This document shows, piece by piece, positions 19,411-27,422 of a stretch of DNA of 64,000 bases. The position numbers and the translations under genes are program-made. The notes below the pieces were generated by a model. The model searched no databases. It was given only the letters and a program-made list of their open reading frames with translations, and was not told the origin of the DNA. Numbering within the stretch: the first letter of the stretch is position 1; each line of letters starts with the position of its first letter. Source of the DNA: a virus (Duplodnaviria; Heunggongvirae; Uroviricota; Caudoviricetes); the IMG/VR virus record IMGVR_UViG_3300028610_000968; one strand, given 5' to 3'.

Positions 19411-19799
19411 TTAATCCAGAGAGCGGGGGAAAACAATGATAGGTATAGGAGGTTATCGTAGTGAATGGGAGTTCCCATTAGCAGTGGGGGCAATAATCCT
19501 GTTTGGTATTGTAATACCTTGGTTTATCTTACCAAGATTTTTAGGTTAAACGAACAGAAACAATTGAATAATGCTTTATAAAAAAGTCCTGGGAATTTTC
19601 CTGGGATTTTTTTGTTGATTGGCTGGGAAAAAAGGTTGTTATATAAGAGATGTTCCTAGGGCGGCAGCCGCGCTGCCGTCTCTACAATTAGTGCAATAAC
19701 CCCCGCCTGCTTGTTAGTATCATCCCAGGTCAGCGCCTTGCGTCTGTACTCTTGGTGGAGGGAGGTACATAAAAAATGTTTAGCGTGGTCGGTATATAG

Positions 19800-19915
19800 T
19801 GCCTGTACAGGGTATAATTATAAATACATAGCAAGGCGAACCTTGAAAACTAAATAGTATAAGGTGGTGAAAGTCTAGGTAAGTGCTGTATAGCGTGCCT
19901 TGCTATAATGTAAAC
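19800..19915 (+). promoter_or_regulatory. promoter cluster upstream of the 19934 gene (TATAAT-type -10 elements near 19826 and 19904; 18-mer GCCTGTACAGGGTATAAT)
   Basis: TGcTATAAT extended -10 at about 19902-19909. The 18-mer recurs at 20703-20721. Confidence 0.4.
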
Positions 19916-19933
19916 CTAATAAGGTGGTTTCAA

Positions 19934-20587
19934 ATGGCACAAGAACAAAAGACAAAAGCCGCTGCTAAGGCCGAATTGGAAGCGGCACAAGCGGAACGCA
20001 AGACGGAACTTGACGCGCTTGGTGAACTTGACCAATTGGAAGCTATGCAAACTGTACAGGGTATGTGGGTTGAATTGAATGACCTTGACCAGGTTGCTGC
20101 TAGTGACCAAAAGCGGGAAGTGAAAACGTTGATCGACGCAATTGTGGCCGACCAGCGGGAAGCATTGGAAGCACAAGCGGAAAAAATTGTCGCTAAGAAA
20201 AGCGAAACCGCACGCGCCGAAATTATGGAACGTGTAGAAGCGGTTGAAAATGGCGAAAACATCCTAAACTTATTCGCCAAGCAAGCCGAAACGTTGAAAG
20301 AAAAAAAGCGGTCGGGTGGCAAGGGTGGTTCGCGCGGTGGTGCAAAAGTTACAGCGCCAGACGGTACAGAATTCGATAAGGCGAACGGTTCCAAAAAAGT
20401 CGAATTAAAAGTGGTCGGCGGAAAATTGCATACACGTTCCGAAACCGTATGCCGTGACGCAACCATCCCAGCGGGTGAAGGAATTAGCTTCACTAATATT
20501 ACTACAGCGTTGGGACGTTCCGACAGTCCAGCCGTGACGCAAGAAATACATGACTATCTTGCTAACCTTGACAGTGACGACAGCTAA
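19934..20587 (+). CDS. Ala/Glu-rich coiled-coil protein with a Gly/Arg/Lys-rich segment (about 217 aa); possible nucleoid-associated protein
   Basis: ATG at 19934 after AGGTGG. The N-terminal 130 aa are heptad-like AEL/AQA repeats, followed by GGKGGSRGGAKV. GC content is noticeably higher than the flanks. Confidence 0.5.
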   Translation: MAQEQKTKAAAKAELEAAQAERKTELDALGELDQLEAMQTVQGMWVELNDLDQVAASDQKREVKTLIDAIVADQREALEAQAEKIVAKKSETARAEIMERVEAVENGENILNLFAKQAETLKEKKRSGGKGGSRGGAKVTAPDGTEFDKANGSKKVELKVVGGKLHTRSETVCRDATIPAGEGISFTNITTALGRSDSPAVTQEIHDYLANLDSDDS

Positions 20588-20691
20588 CTTAGCAGCGGCA
20601 CATGGTAGACCGGGTGAAAGCCCGGTCTATTCGTGGTTGCTCCCATCCCATCCCTTTAACACGTTACTACGCTAAAGACACCGCTTGCTTG

Positions 20692-20721
20692 TTGGTATTG
20701 TGCGCCTGTATAGGGTATAAT
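20692..20721 (+). promoter_or_regulatory. sigma-A-like promoter (TTGGTA, 18-bp spacer, TATAAT) carrying the conserved 18-mer GCCTGTATAGGGTATAAT
   Basis: See the matching element at 19814-19831. Confidence 0.4.
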
Positions 20722-20770
20722 ATAGGTATATGGCTACGCGGGATACTGGACAGACGGGAGGGAGGGAGAC

Positions 20771-20923
20771 ATGATAGTATCTACAGGAAGGCTCGGGGAT
20801 AGACTGTGCGAACTATGCGGCTATACACACAACAAAGACGGACAGCTCAAGGAGACACAAATATCCGTTAATGCGCTTTCAGCTAAGATGAATGTGTGCA
20901 AAGATGGATGTGACAACAATTAG
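20771..20923 (+). CDS. small Zn-ribbon protein (50 aa), absent from the ORF track
   Basis: The ATG follows GGGAGGGAGGGAGAC. Motifs CELCG...CKDGC. The stop TAG is the first three nt of repeat R1. Confidence 0.45.
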   Translation: MIVSTGRLGDRLCELCGYTHNKDGQLKETQISVNALSAKMNVCKDGCDNN

Positions 20924-20970
20924 ACTTTGCTAGAACCTCTGGGAGACTAGGGGTTCCAGGGAAAGCCCAA
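20921..20970 (+). repeat. structured intergenic repeat R1 (TAGACTTTG, hairpin, GGAAAGCCCAA), a diverged copy
   Basis: Family consensus TAGACTTTG-YT-[stem]-[loop]-[stem']-TCTARGGARAGCCTAA. Here the stem is GAACC/GGTTC. Confidence 0.6.
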
Positions 20971-20992
20971 TAACTCAATGGGAGGGATACAA

Positions 20993-21319
20993 ATGGCAGA
21001 ACGTGTTGTATTGCGACTAGATAAAGCACCAAGGGAGATTCGAAACTGGAGAGCTACGGAAAGACGGTGGGAGACCTCTACTGGTGAGATCATCAATTCC
21101 ATTACGGAATATCCGTTAGAGCCTCGTGAGGTTTACCTAGGGAGCTTTGACTATCAAACACTGGTTGACCCGGATAACGAACTTGACTTCATTCGAGTAT
21201 TGAAGAACTTTAGAGCCATGTACGAACTGGATGGTGGCGAACTAATAAAGCTATTCAAGCGGAGTGGAGTTTTGTGCTGTCCGGCCCAATTCTATAGTAA
21301 GAGCAATTGCGTGTTTTGA
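20993..21319 (+). CDS. hypothetical protein (about 108 aa)
   Basis: ATG after GGGAGGGATACAA. Confidence 0.45.
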   Translation: MAERVVLRLDKAPREIRNWRATERRWETSTGEIINSITEYPLEPREVYLGSFDYQTLVDPDNELDFIRVLKNFRAMYELDGGELIKLFKRSGVLCCPAQFYSKSNCVF

Positions 21320-21368
21320 TGCTAGTACGTAGGCCGAGGACTATGTATCTGAACTGGGAAGATAGGAG

Positions 21369-21614
21369 GTGGAACAAATGTTTACAGCAGACGGAGTAAC
21401 AGAACGGTTTGGTTACAATAGTGACATTATTGAAAGCACTGATAAAGAATTTGACTATCAAACGCCCTGGTACAAGCAGCTGGGAGCTAATACAACCATT
21501 CAAGAGATGGTCATTTTCATGAAGGACAGAGCCAACCAAGAGCCTTACCCACAAGACGAGTTAGTAGGTGACTTGGAACTAATAGAAGTGCTCACTCGTG
21601 AAGTCCTCAAGTGA
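21369..21614 (+). CDS. hypothetical protein (81 aa)
   Basis: RBS GGAGGTGGAACAAATG. Confidence 0.45.
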   Translation: MEQMFTADGVTERFGYNSDIIESTDKEFDYQTPWYKQLGANTTIQEMVIFMKDRANQEPYPQDELVGDLELIEVLTREVLK

Positions 21615-21620
21615 CGGAGA

Positions 21621-21668
21621 CAGACTTTGTTAGAGTATCCTATAGACGGGTATTCTAAGGAAAGCCTG
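21621..21668 (+). repeat. structured intergenic repeat R2
   Basis: CAGACTTTGTTAGAGTATCC...GGTATTCTAAGGAAAGCCTGG. Confidence 0.6.
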
Positions 21669-21867
21669 GTCAAGACAGGTAAATATATAAGAGGTGCTTG
21701 TTATAATTGTAAGAAACTTGATATTAGTGGCAGTATATGTTGTTGCTGTCCTATATGGCTATTACTCTCTATGGGTATTCTTATGTCTATAGAGTATCCT
21801 TCGAGGAATAGGAAAGAATGGTCGGGGTTTGTTATTCATTCCCCCGCCCTTGGGAGGTATTAGAAGA

Positions 21868-21984
21868 ATGAAGCAACTATGGAGTGAGCTTGGTATAGTT
21901 GGTAAGGTTGGGCTGACAATGTTCTTGGTCGGTGCTTCCTTAAATATTATATTAAAGCTCTCTTACGTTATTGAAGGGAGGTGA
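21868..21984 (+). CDS. small hydrophobic peptide (38 aa)
   Basis: RBS GGGAGGTATTAGAAGAATG. Product MKQLWSELGIVGKVGLTMFLVGASLNIILKLSYVIEGR. Confidence 0.35.
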   Translation: MKQLWSELGIVGKVGLTMFLVGASLNIILKLSYVIEGR

Positions 21985-21989
21985 ACAGA

Positions 21990-22220
21990 ATGTCATTACA
22001 ATTAAAGCATCCAGGTGACAAAGCAGGTTATCCAGCTACAGCTAGGACATATATCTCAGACAATGGTTACAGACGTATTGAGGTACATAGTGGTTTTGGT
22101 TCTGGCAGCATCACTGTCACTGGTGACGAGACTCCCTGGTGCTATATGTTTGACAACCAAGGCCAGTATCAAGAGCTAGTAGCTTATATCGACGGCTTGT
22201 GTAACTGGTCTGAGGTATGA
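21990..22220 (+). CDS. hypothetical protein (76 aa)
   Basis: RBS GGGAGGTGAACAGAATG. Confidence 0.5.
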   Translation: MSLQLKHPGDKAGYPATARTYISDNGYRRIEVHSGFGSGSITVTGDETPWCYMFDNQGQYQELVAYIDGLCNWSEV

Positions 22221-22250
22221 ACATTATCTTATTGAAAGGAGGTGACAAAC

Positions 22251-22724
22251 ATGAAATGTGAAACTTGCAAAAAGTTTAAGATATGTGTGACCAGAGGAAC
22301 AGTTACAGCCGATACTAATGCCCCAAATAAATGTTACGAAGCTTTTTACAATGGCTACGAGCTTTCAGACAGAACGGAGAAGGGTGACGCTTACAAGTTG
22401 ATGACTCCCTTTGACGATGACGACAAGCTAGAGTCTGCTATTTGTGTGATTGAGTCTTCCATGATGTTATTACACACACTTAACATGACTTGCTCTGAAC
22501 TTGAGGCTGGTAGTTTGAATGGTAGCCTCGGGATGGTTATTGTTAACATTCAACGAGCCTTGGAAGTTCTTAGCTTGGCTGCGGGAGATTTGAAGGGTTG
22601 TGTTGATGACCCTAACTTCTGGACAAGTGAAAAGCTCAGTCCTATTGGTAGAGAGATGATGGGCTTGGGTGACAACGAGGCTATACAAGCTGAAATTGAA
22701 CGGTTACAAGGGATGTTGAAGTAG
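22251..22724 (+). CDS. hypothetical protein (157 aa) with N-terminal CxxC
   Basis: RBS AGGAGGTGACAAACATG. The stop TAG is embedded in R3. Confidence 0.5.
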   Translation: MKCETCKKFKICVTRGTVTADTNAPNKCYEAFYNGYELSDRTEKGDAYKLMTPFDDDDKLESAICVIESSMMLLHTLNMTCSELEAGSLNGSLGMVIVNIQRALEVLSLAAGDLKGCVDDPNFWTSEKLSPIGREMMGLGDNEAIQAEIERLQGMLK

Positions 22725-22800
22725 ACTTTGCTTGAACGCTCAGGCTATTGCCGGTAGTATAGCACGAAAGCAGGCTTGAGCGTTCTAGGGAAAGCCTAAC
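22722..22800 (+). repeat. structured intergenic repeat R3
   Basis: TAGACTTTGCTTGAACGCTCAGGC...GCTTGAGCGTTCTAGGGAAAGCCTAA. The stem sequence differs from the other copies but remains complementary. Confidence 0.65.
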
Positions 22801-22821
22801 AGTTGAAAGGTGGTGAATGAA

Positions 22822-23529
22822 ATGGATATAGAAGTACAAGATAAAGTAAAGAAGATACTTGCTTTATCGTATGGCACTGACTTTGTTGGTGAAGCTGAAG
22901 CAGCATTACTCAAAGCACAAACCATGCTGAAAGGGATAGGGCTGACAGTTGAGGAATTCGAGCGTCACACTGAAACTGAACAGTCCTTAGCGGCTCTTGA
23001 CGAGATATATGACACTACATCGGGAAAACGTAGTAACTTATATCTCTCCTTGATGGCTGTCATATCTAGTAACTTCAGGTGCATGGAATACTCGATAAGA
23101 AATAAGCATACCAAAGAGGTTCAAGCACGTTTGATAGGTAACAAGGAAGATATTGAGCTTTGTTTGATGGTTTACAAGGCTGCGGTCAAGTCAATGGAGC
23201 ATTTAGCCGACCGCTACTTACACAACCTAAGAGTTAATAGTTCCCCATTGTTGTCAAACTCTCCATCTAAACTGAAGAAGTCCTTTATGTGGGGATTCTC
23301 AAGCGGTTTGAACCAAAAGTTCGAGGAACAGAAAGCTGCTAACTCTTGGGAATTGGTGCTGGCTACTCCGAAAAATGTGACCGACAAAGCAATTGAGCTT
23401 AGACTAGTTTCTGCTCAGAAGTCACAGGCTAGGTTAAGCGGAGAGGCACATGAAAGCGGCTCTGAGGCTGGTAGGGACTGGAGCCATGCTGATGCTAACA
23501 ATGCTAGGGGCAAAGCCTTAGAAAGCTAG
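22822..23529 (+). CDS. DUF2786-family protein (about 235 aa)
   Basis: The N-terminus DKVKKILALSYGTDFVGEAEAALLKAQTML matches the DUF2786 signature (KIxKLLALAxxxxNxxEAxxAxxKAQxLM). Confidence 0.55.
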   Translation: MDIEVQDKVKKILALSYGTDFVGEAEAALLKAQTMLKGIGLTVEEFERHTETEQSLAALDEIYDTTSGKRSNLYLSLMAVISSNFRCMEYSIRNKHTKEVQARLIGNKEDIELCLMVYKAAVKSMEHLADRYLHNLRVNSSPLLSNSPSKLKKSFMWGFSSGLNQKFEEQKAANSWELVLATPKNVTDKAIELRLVSAQKSQARLSGEAHESGSEAGRDWSHADANNARGKALES

Positions 23530-23545
23530 ATGGGAGGTATTGAAA

Positions 23546-23671
23546 ATGCCGGATGAAGAAAACCAGTGTACGTGTGGTGGGTTTATCCATCCCATAACTG
23601 GGAAATGTAAAGAATGTGGTTCAATTGGGCCTTGGTTTCCAACAGATGAACCAGGTATTTTAGAGAGTTAG
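23546..23671 (+). CDS. small Zn-ribbon protein (41 aa), absent from the ORF track
   Basis: MPDEENQCTCGGFIHPITGKCKECGSIG... with RBS GGGAGGTATTGAAAATG. Its stop TAG is embedded in R4. Confidence 0.4.
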   Translation: MPDEENQCTCGGFIHPITGKCKECGSIGPWFPTDEPGILES

Positions 23672-23733
23672 ACTTTGCTTGAGCGCCCAGGTGAATTTCG
23701 CCGGACAGTCTGGGCGCTCTAGGGAAAGCCTAT
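23669..23733 (+). repeat. structured intergenic repeat R4
   Basis: TAGACTTTGCTTGAGCGCCCAGG-loop-CTGGGCGCTCTAGGGAAAGCCTAT, a perfect 10-bp stem. Confidence 0.65.
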
Positions 23734-23752
23734 ACACGATGGGAGGTGAGGA

Positions 23753-24019
23753 ATGAAAATTAGATTTGCTGTTGGTAGGAGGGCAATGCAAGATATTGTT
23801 ATGCGACGAGATGTTGCATTGCGGGCGGGAGACAGTGTTGAATCGGCAGTAGAAAATGTTGCCCATGTTGCTCTACATTTCAACGTAGACGAGATGGTAG
23901 AACGATGTAAGAAAGGTAACGTTGACATCAATGATGGCTTTATAATAATTGAAGCAGAGTTGAGGCAACACCACACAGTAGGAGGTGAAGAGAACAATGC
24001 GCTTGGAAGAAAAGAATGA
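23753..24019 (+). CDS. hypothetical protein (88 aa)
   Basis: RBS GGGAGGTGAGGAATG. Confidence 0.45.
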   Translation: MKIRFAVGRRAMQDIVMRRDVALRAGDSVESAVENVAHVALHFNVDEMVERCKKGNVDINDGFIIIEAELRQHHTVGGEENNALGRKE

Positions 24020-24059
24020 TATTTATGACCACGAAGCACAAGAGAAGGAGCCTAAGTCT

Positions 24060-24161
24060 ATGTCCCTTATAGTCCTAGGTTTCGGTGGGTTTGCTTGGTT
24101 CTACCTGTTACTCTGGGTAGGACTCAACGCGGAACTTATAAAAGATACATTGCACATTTAG
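24060..24161 (+). CDS. small membrane peptide (33 aa), absent from the ORF track
   Basis: MSLIVLGFGGFAWFYLLLWVGLNAELIKDTLHI with RBS AGAAGGAG. Its stop TAG is embedded in R5. Confidence 0.35.
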   Translation: MSLIVLGFGGFAWFYLLLWVGLNAELIKDTLHI

Positions 24162-24222
24162 ACTTTGTTAGAGTAGATAGGGTTTGATTCGGAGGACTCT
24201 ATCTGCTCTAAGGAAAGCCTAA
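24159..24222 (+). repeat. structured intergenic repeat R5
   Basis: TAGACTTTGTTAGAGTAGATAGG...CTATCTGCTCTAAGGAAAGCCTAA. Confidence 0.65.
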
Positions 24223-24241
24223 TATAATGGAGGTGAACAAG

Positions 24242-24544
24242 ATGGCATTGGTATGTATGTACTGTGGGACTCCGGTAGCGGATAACCTAAAAGCAGGTCT
24301 TGATATATGTCCTTGTAGAGCAAGGGTACTGGAGAATCTAGAGAAAGCTACTTCTGGGCTAACCAGTGAAAATAAAGTAATACTCTTAAATAGAAGATAT
24401 GAGGACTCTAGTTTCCAGTTGTTTTTGTCTGAGTTACTGACCGTATTCCGAAGGGCTCTTGTCGCTGAAGCTCTGGAATGTCCACCCGAAACCGACGCTC
24501 AACGAAAAGCTTGGTTATCGTGGAGAGATGTAACAAGGCTATGA
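24242..24544 (+). CDS. hypothetical Zn-ribbon protein (about 100 aa)
   Basis: RBS GGAGGTGAACAAGATG. N-terminal CMYCG...CPC. Confidence 0.45.
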   Translation: MALVCMYCGTPVADNLKAGLDICPCRARVLENLEKATSGLTSENKVILLNRRYEDSSFQLFLSELLTVFRRALVAEALECPPETDAQRKAWLSWRDVTRL

Positions 24545-24574
24545 ATAAACTTCACTTGGAAGGTGGTGATAAAG

Positions 24575-24907
24575 ATGCAAGAACATGAAACAAACATAGT
24601 ACATAATATTGCACCAAGGATTCTCTTTGAGAAAGATTGGCGCACACACATGTACGAACTCGACGCGAGAATGAACAAAAGCAACAGTTCTCCATCGCGA
24701 GTTTTACTGGACATCGCTCTCAAAGGGCTTGGCGACGAGATAGTTGTCCTTTGCTATCTGCCTGAGACTGGTACTAAAGGTGAGAGGTATGCCACATGGG
24801 TTTGTAGGAACGACGGCAAACTCATCACTACTAGCGGTAATTACTTCAGACATGACGACAGAAAAGGAGCTGAAGAGAACTTCGTTACGAGGCAAGACCG
24901 TAGATAA
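24575..24907 (+). CDS. hypothetical protein (about 110 aa)
   Basis: RBS GGAAGGTGGTGATAAAGATG. Confidence 0.45.
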   Translation: MQEHETNIVHNIAPRILFEKDWRTHMYELDARMNKSNSSPSRVLLDIALKGLGDEIVVLCYLPETGTKGERYATWVCRNDGKLITTSGNYFRHDDRKGAEENFVTRQDRR

Positions 24908-24979
24908 CAGACTTTGTTAGAGTGTCTAGTGACAGCGACGATGGGCTATCGGTCACTAGGCGCTCTAAGGAAAGCCTAT
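24908..24979 (+). repeat. structured intergenic repeat R6
   Basis: CAGACTTTGTTAGAGTGTCTAGTGAC...GTCACTAGGCGCTCTAAGGAAAGCCTAT. Confidence 0.65.
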
Positions 24980-24997
24980 AAATAAGGGAGGGGTACA

Positions 24998-25192
24998 GTG
25001 GAAGATGATGAACTAGCAAGTACAGAGCATAAGTGTGTGTGGTATGTGAGTTCGGCAGATGTAGTAACATCAACAGAAGATGTTACCGTCACTATCGCGT
25101 GTCATAGATGTGATGAGACAAAAACAGTTGCTTTCGATACTGACCTTATGGTAAATATGGCACTAATCTTTGATAGAAAAGGATTAAACTAA
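24998..25192 (+). CDS. hypothetical acidic protein (64 aa)
   Basis: GTG start after AGGGAGGGG. Confidence 0.4.
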   Translation: MEDDELASTEHKCVWYVSSADVVTSTEDVTVTIACHRCDETKTVAFDTDLMVNMALIFDRKGLN

Positions 25193-25449
25193 TGAGTAGA
25201 AGAAGACATGGATTAGGTGTGCGCGTACCAACATCTAAAGATATTCTGCACACTGCTAAGATAAGAAAAGAGAGCCAAACATTCAGCACTATTATGAGAT
25301 ATAAAGTGTTGGGAGAAGAAGACCAAAGCTCTGCAATAAGAAGGGCTTTTGTGGATGGCTACAATGAGCATAGAAAAGCTCTTAGTTTCTTGACTAATGC
25401 CGAGTTGGATTACTTAGAGAAATGGGAACACACAATAAGGACAAGTTGA
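25192..25449 (+). CDS. hypothetical basic protein (85 aa)
   Basis: ATGA overlap with the upstream gene. Confidence 0.45.
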   Translation: MSRRRHGLGVRVPTSKDILHTAKIRKESQTFSTIMRYKVLGEEDQSSAIRRAFVDGYNEHRKALSFLTNAELDYLEKWEHTIRTS

Positions 25450-25465
25450 GAGGGAGGTGAACAAG

Positions 25466-25747
25466 ATGTTTCCACCCAAAGAGTTCATAAGAGAAGATGG
25501 GGGCATGGACGTACTGGGATTTGCTGAACATATTGTACAAAAAACAGCAGATATCTGTGCAGAAATGCCTCTGGAACTTGAGAAGTATGAAGCCGAGGCA
25601 GCATTGGTGATGATTACTTGTCTCAAAGAATTGGAGATAACTCTAAGGATTATTGGCCATCAAGGTATGGCTAAGTCTGTCCACACAACATATGTGGAGT
25701 TTGAACTCCTAGTCATGCAGAGGATACCAAAAGAAATGGTAAACTAA
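25466..25747 (+). CDS. hypothetical protein (about 93 aa)
   Basis: RBS GGGAGGTGAACAAGATG. Confidence 0.45.
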   Translation: MFPPKEFIREDGGMDVLGFAEHIVQKTADICAEMPLELEKYEAEAALVMITCLKELEITLRIIGHQGMAKSVHTTYVEFELLVMQRIPKEMVN

Positions 25748-25765
25748 TGGAAAGAGGTGAGCAGA

Positions 25766-25948
25766 ATGGCATTTGAATCACAACTCAAAAAATATCAAGT
25801 ACTAGTCTATTATGGTAGCTCAATAGATAATGAAGAAGTGGAGGCTGAGAACGAACAAAAAGCCCTACACTTAGCTTACGTTGAGCTTGACTACACAGAT
25901 TACTTCAAGCAAAATGTAATCGAAAAGGTCGAGATAACTTTAATTTAA
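25766..25948 (+). CDS. hypothetical protein (about 60 aa)
   Basis: RBS AGAGGTGAGCAGAATG. Confidence 0.4.
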   Translation: MAFESQLKKYQVLVYYGSSIDNEEVEAENEQKALHLAYVELDYTDYFKQNVIEKVEITLI

Positions 25949-25949
25949 T

Positions 25950-26062
25950 TAGACTTTGTTAGAGCGCCTAGTGGAGAGGATGTCAACTAGGGATTACTTA
26001 GGTGTGGGAGAGTAGGGTTTGAATCCCTGCGGTATCCACCAGGCGTTCTAAGGAGAGCCTAA
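25950..26062 (+). repeat. structured intergenic repeat R7 (extended, about 113 nt)
   Basis: It shares the first 26 nt with R8 (TAGACTTTGTTAGAGCGCCTAGTGG). The extended loop contains AGGGTTTGAATCCCT, a T-arm-like mini-hairpin. Confidence 0.6.
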
Positions 26063-26080
26063 TACAAGGAGGTGAACAGA

Positions 26081-26404
26081 ATGATGGATTTTATAAAGTT
26101 AGACCAAGAAGAGGTACGTGCTCTTTTTAGGACAAGTGAAAACCAATCAGATATTGTACTAGCTTTGTACAAGATGGTATACCCTGATTGGGATGACATT
26201 AAATCTATTGAGGGTTATCCAACGATAAACCCAAAGACCAATGAAGAGATTTTCGGTATGTTTCGCATATTTGATAGGAACCATTGTCCCGACCAATCAA
26301 TCCTACGAGGTGCGTTGTGGTTCAATAAAGGGTTCTCTACTCTCAAGGGCAGTGATGTCCCAGAGTGGACAGTTGACCCAACCACAGCTCAAGTGAACTA
26401 TTAG
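26081..26404 (+). CDS. hypothetical protein (about 107 aa)
   Basis: RBS AGGAGGTGAACAGAATG. The stop TAG is embedded in R8. Confidence 0.45.
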   Translation: MMDFIKLDQEEVRALFRTSENQSDIVLALYKMVYPDWDDIKSIEGYPTINPKTNEEIFGMFRIFDRNHCPDQSILRGALWFNKGFSTLKGSDVPEWTVDPTTAQVNY

Positions 26405-26475
26405 ACTTTGTTAGAGCGCCTAGTGGTGTAGAGTTCCCCTCTCATTTACGCTAGGCGTTCTAAGGAAAGCCTAAG
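26402..26475 (+). repeat. structured intergenic repeat R8
   Basis: TAGACTTTGTTAGAGCGCCTAGTGG...CGCTAGGCGTTCTAAGGAAAGCCTAA. Confidence 0.65.
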
Positions 26476-26492
26476 ATGTGGAGGCACGACAA

Positions 26493-26792
26493 ATGGGATA
26501 TTATGTTGACCCAGAAACTGAAGAAAAAGAGGACTTTTTGGAGCGTGAAGGCCAAAAGGTAGACTCTGGTGATATACCTTGGGATGAAGTTCCTAATGGT
26601 ATGTTTCCAGTGATACTGGTAGAAAATCCAACATTCACAGCAGCTGTTATCTGTACTACAGATAAAGAGTTTCAGTACTTTTTACGCACTCCCGGAGACC
26701 CAAGACCAAAGACTCTATACCTTGTGGGCAAACGGGAGTTGTTAGCAGCATCAAATCAACTGTTTTTGAGAGACTTTGCAACATCACAGTGA
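26493..26792 (+). CDS. hypothetical protein (about 99 aa)
   Basis: ATG after GTGGAGGCACGACAA. Confidence 0.45.
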   Translation: MGYYVDPETEEKEDFLEREGQKVDSGDIPWDEVPNGMFPVILVENPTFTAAVICTTDKEFQYFLRTPGDPRPKTLYLVGKRELLAASNQLFLRDFATSQ

Positions 26793-26807
26793 AGGAGGTG
26801 AAATAAC

Positions 26808-27026
26808 GTGGCTAATTCATTAGATGCTGACCTCATGGGCAAGCACGTGATAGTACATGGGAGAACGGTTCTCGCAGTAAATGGTTTCGGGTCTTTTAGT
26901 TTTACTGTGGGTCGAGGACTATTCATCGAAGATGCGGATGGAGCCAACCATAGCATTTCTGGCTTTGATGTTGAACGATTTGCAAACGCTGGAGAAGTTG
27001 CTAATTTTAAGGAGATGCAAACATGA
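26808..27026 (+). CDS. hypothetical protein (72 aa)
   Basis: GTG start after GAAGGAGGTGAAATAAC. Confidence 0.4.
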   Translation: MANSLDADLMGKHVIVHGRTVLAVNGFGSFSFTVGRGLFIEDADGANHSISGFDVERFANAGEVANFKEMQT

Positions 27027-27205
27027 GCTACGAACAAATTATGGGGAGAGGGAAAAGGAGACCAGTGGAGAAGCTGTATTGTCCGTCTGGGCATCCAGTA
27101 CGTCTCAGAACACATGAGGACAGCACAGTGAAACCTGGATACTTTGCTGAGTGTTTGATATGCGAAGAAGACTATTACTTGTCTCAGTTGACAGCGGGTA
27201 AATAA
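27023..27205 (+). CDS. Zn-ribbon protein (60 aa)
   Basis: CPSGH...CLICEEDY. Confidence 0.4.
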   Translation: MSYEQIMGRGKRRPVEKLYCPSGHPVRLRTHEDSTVKPGYFAECLICEEDYYLSQLTAGK

Positions 27206-27239
27206 GTGTTTGAATATAAGATTGAGGAGGTGATTGAGA

Positions 27240-27422
27240 GTGAGCATGAAAATGGGCAGTTGGTGGGTAAGAAGCATAAAAGATAAAAGATGGGATGGTA
27301 CTGGCAAAGACATTGTTGGAGGTTTTGGAATACCACCGAAAGCTCAAGCTCACGTTGACAAGATCGAAAAGGAGCTTGGAGAAAAACCAGATGATCTTGA
27401 GTTCGGGTACATGAAAGATTAG
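27240..27422 (+). CDS. hypothetical protein (about 60 aa)
   Basis: GTG after GAGGAGGTGATTGAGA. The stop TAG is embedded in R9. Confidence 0.35.
   Translation: MSMKMGSWWVRSIKDKRWDGTGKDIVGGFGIPPKAQAHVDKIEKELGEKPDDLEFGYMKD

Noticed and set aside
19585-19615. Intrinsic terminator at CCTGGGAATTTTCCTGGGA + T7
   Set aside because: The two CCTGGGA copies are direct repeats, not inverted, so no hairpin forms, even though a T7 run follows.
21627-21863. 78-aa track ORF with TTG start
   Set aside because: It begins inside repeat R2 and has no RBS. The region is better explained by the 38-aa peptide ORF 21868-21984, which has a strong RBS, plus a non-coding repeat and promoter-like sequence.
638-27313. 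Numerous minus-strand track ORFs inside the + strand gene block (e.g. 638-892, 2648-3133, 6461-6847, 8632-9036, 19930-20493, 26756-27313, 29705-30022)
   Set aside because: They are antisense to longer, motif-bearing + strand genes, lack RBSs, and break the uniform + strand orientation of the block. I treat them as shadow ORFs.
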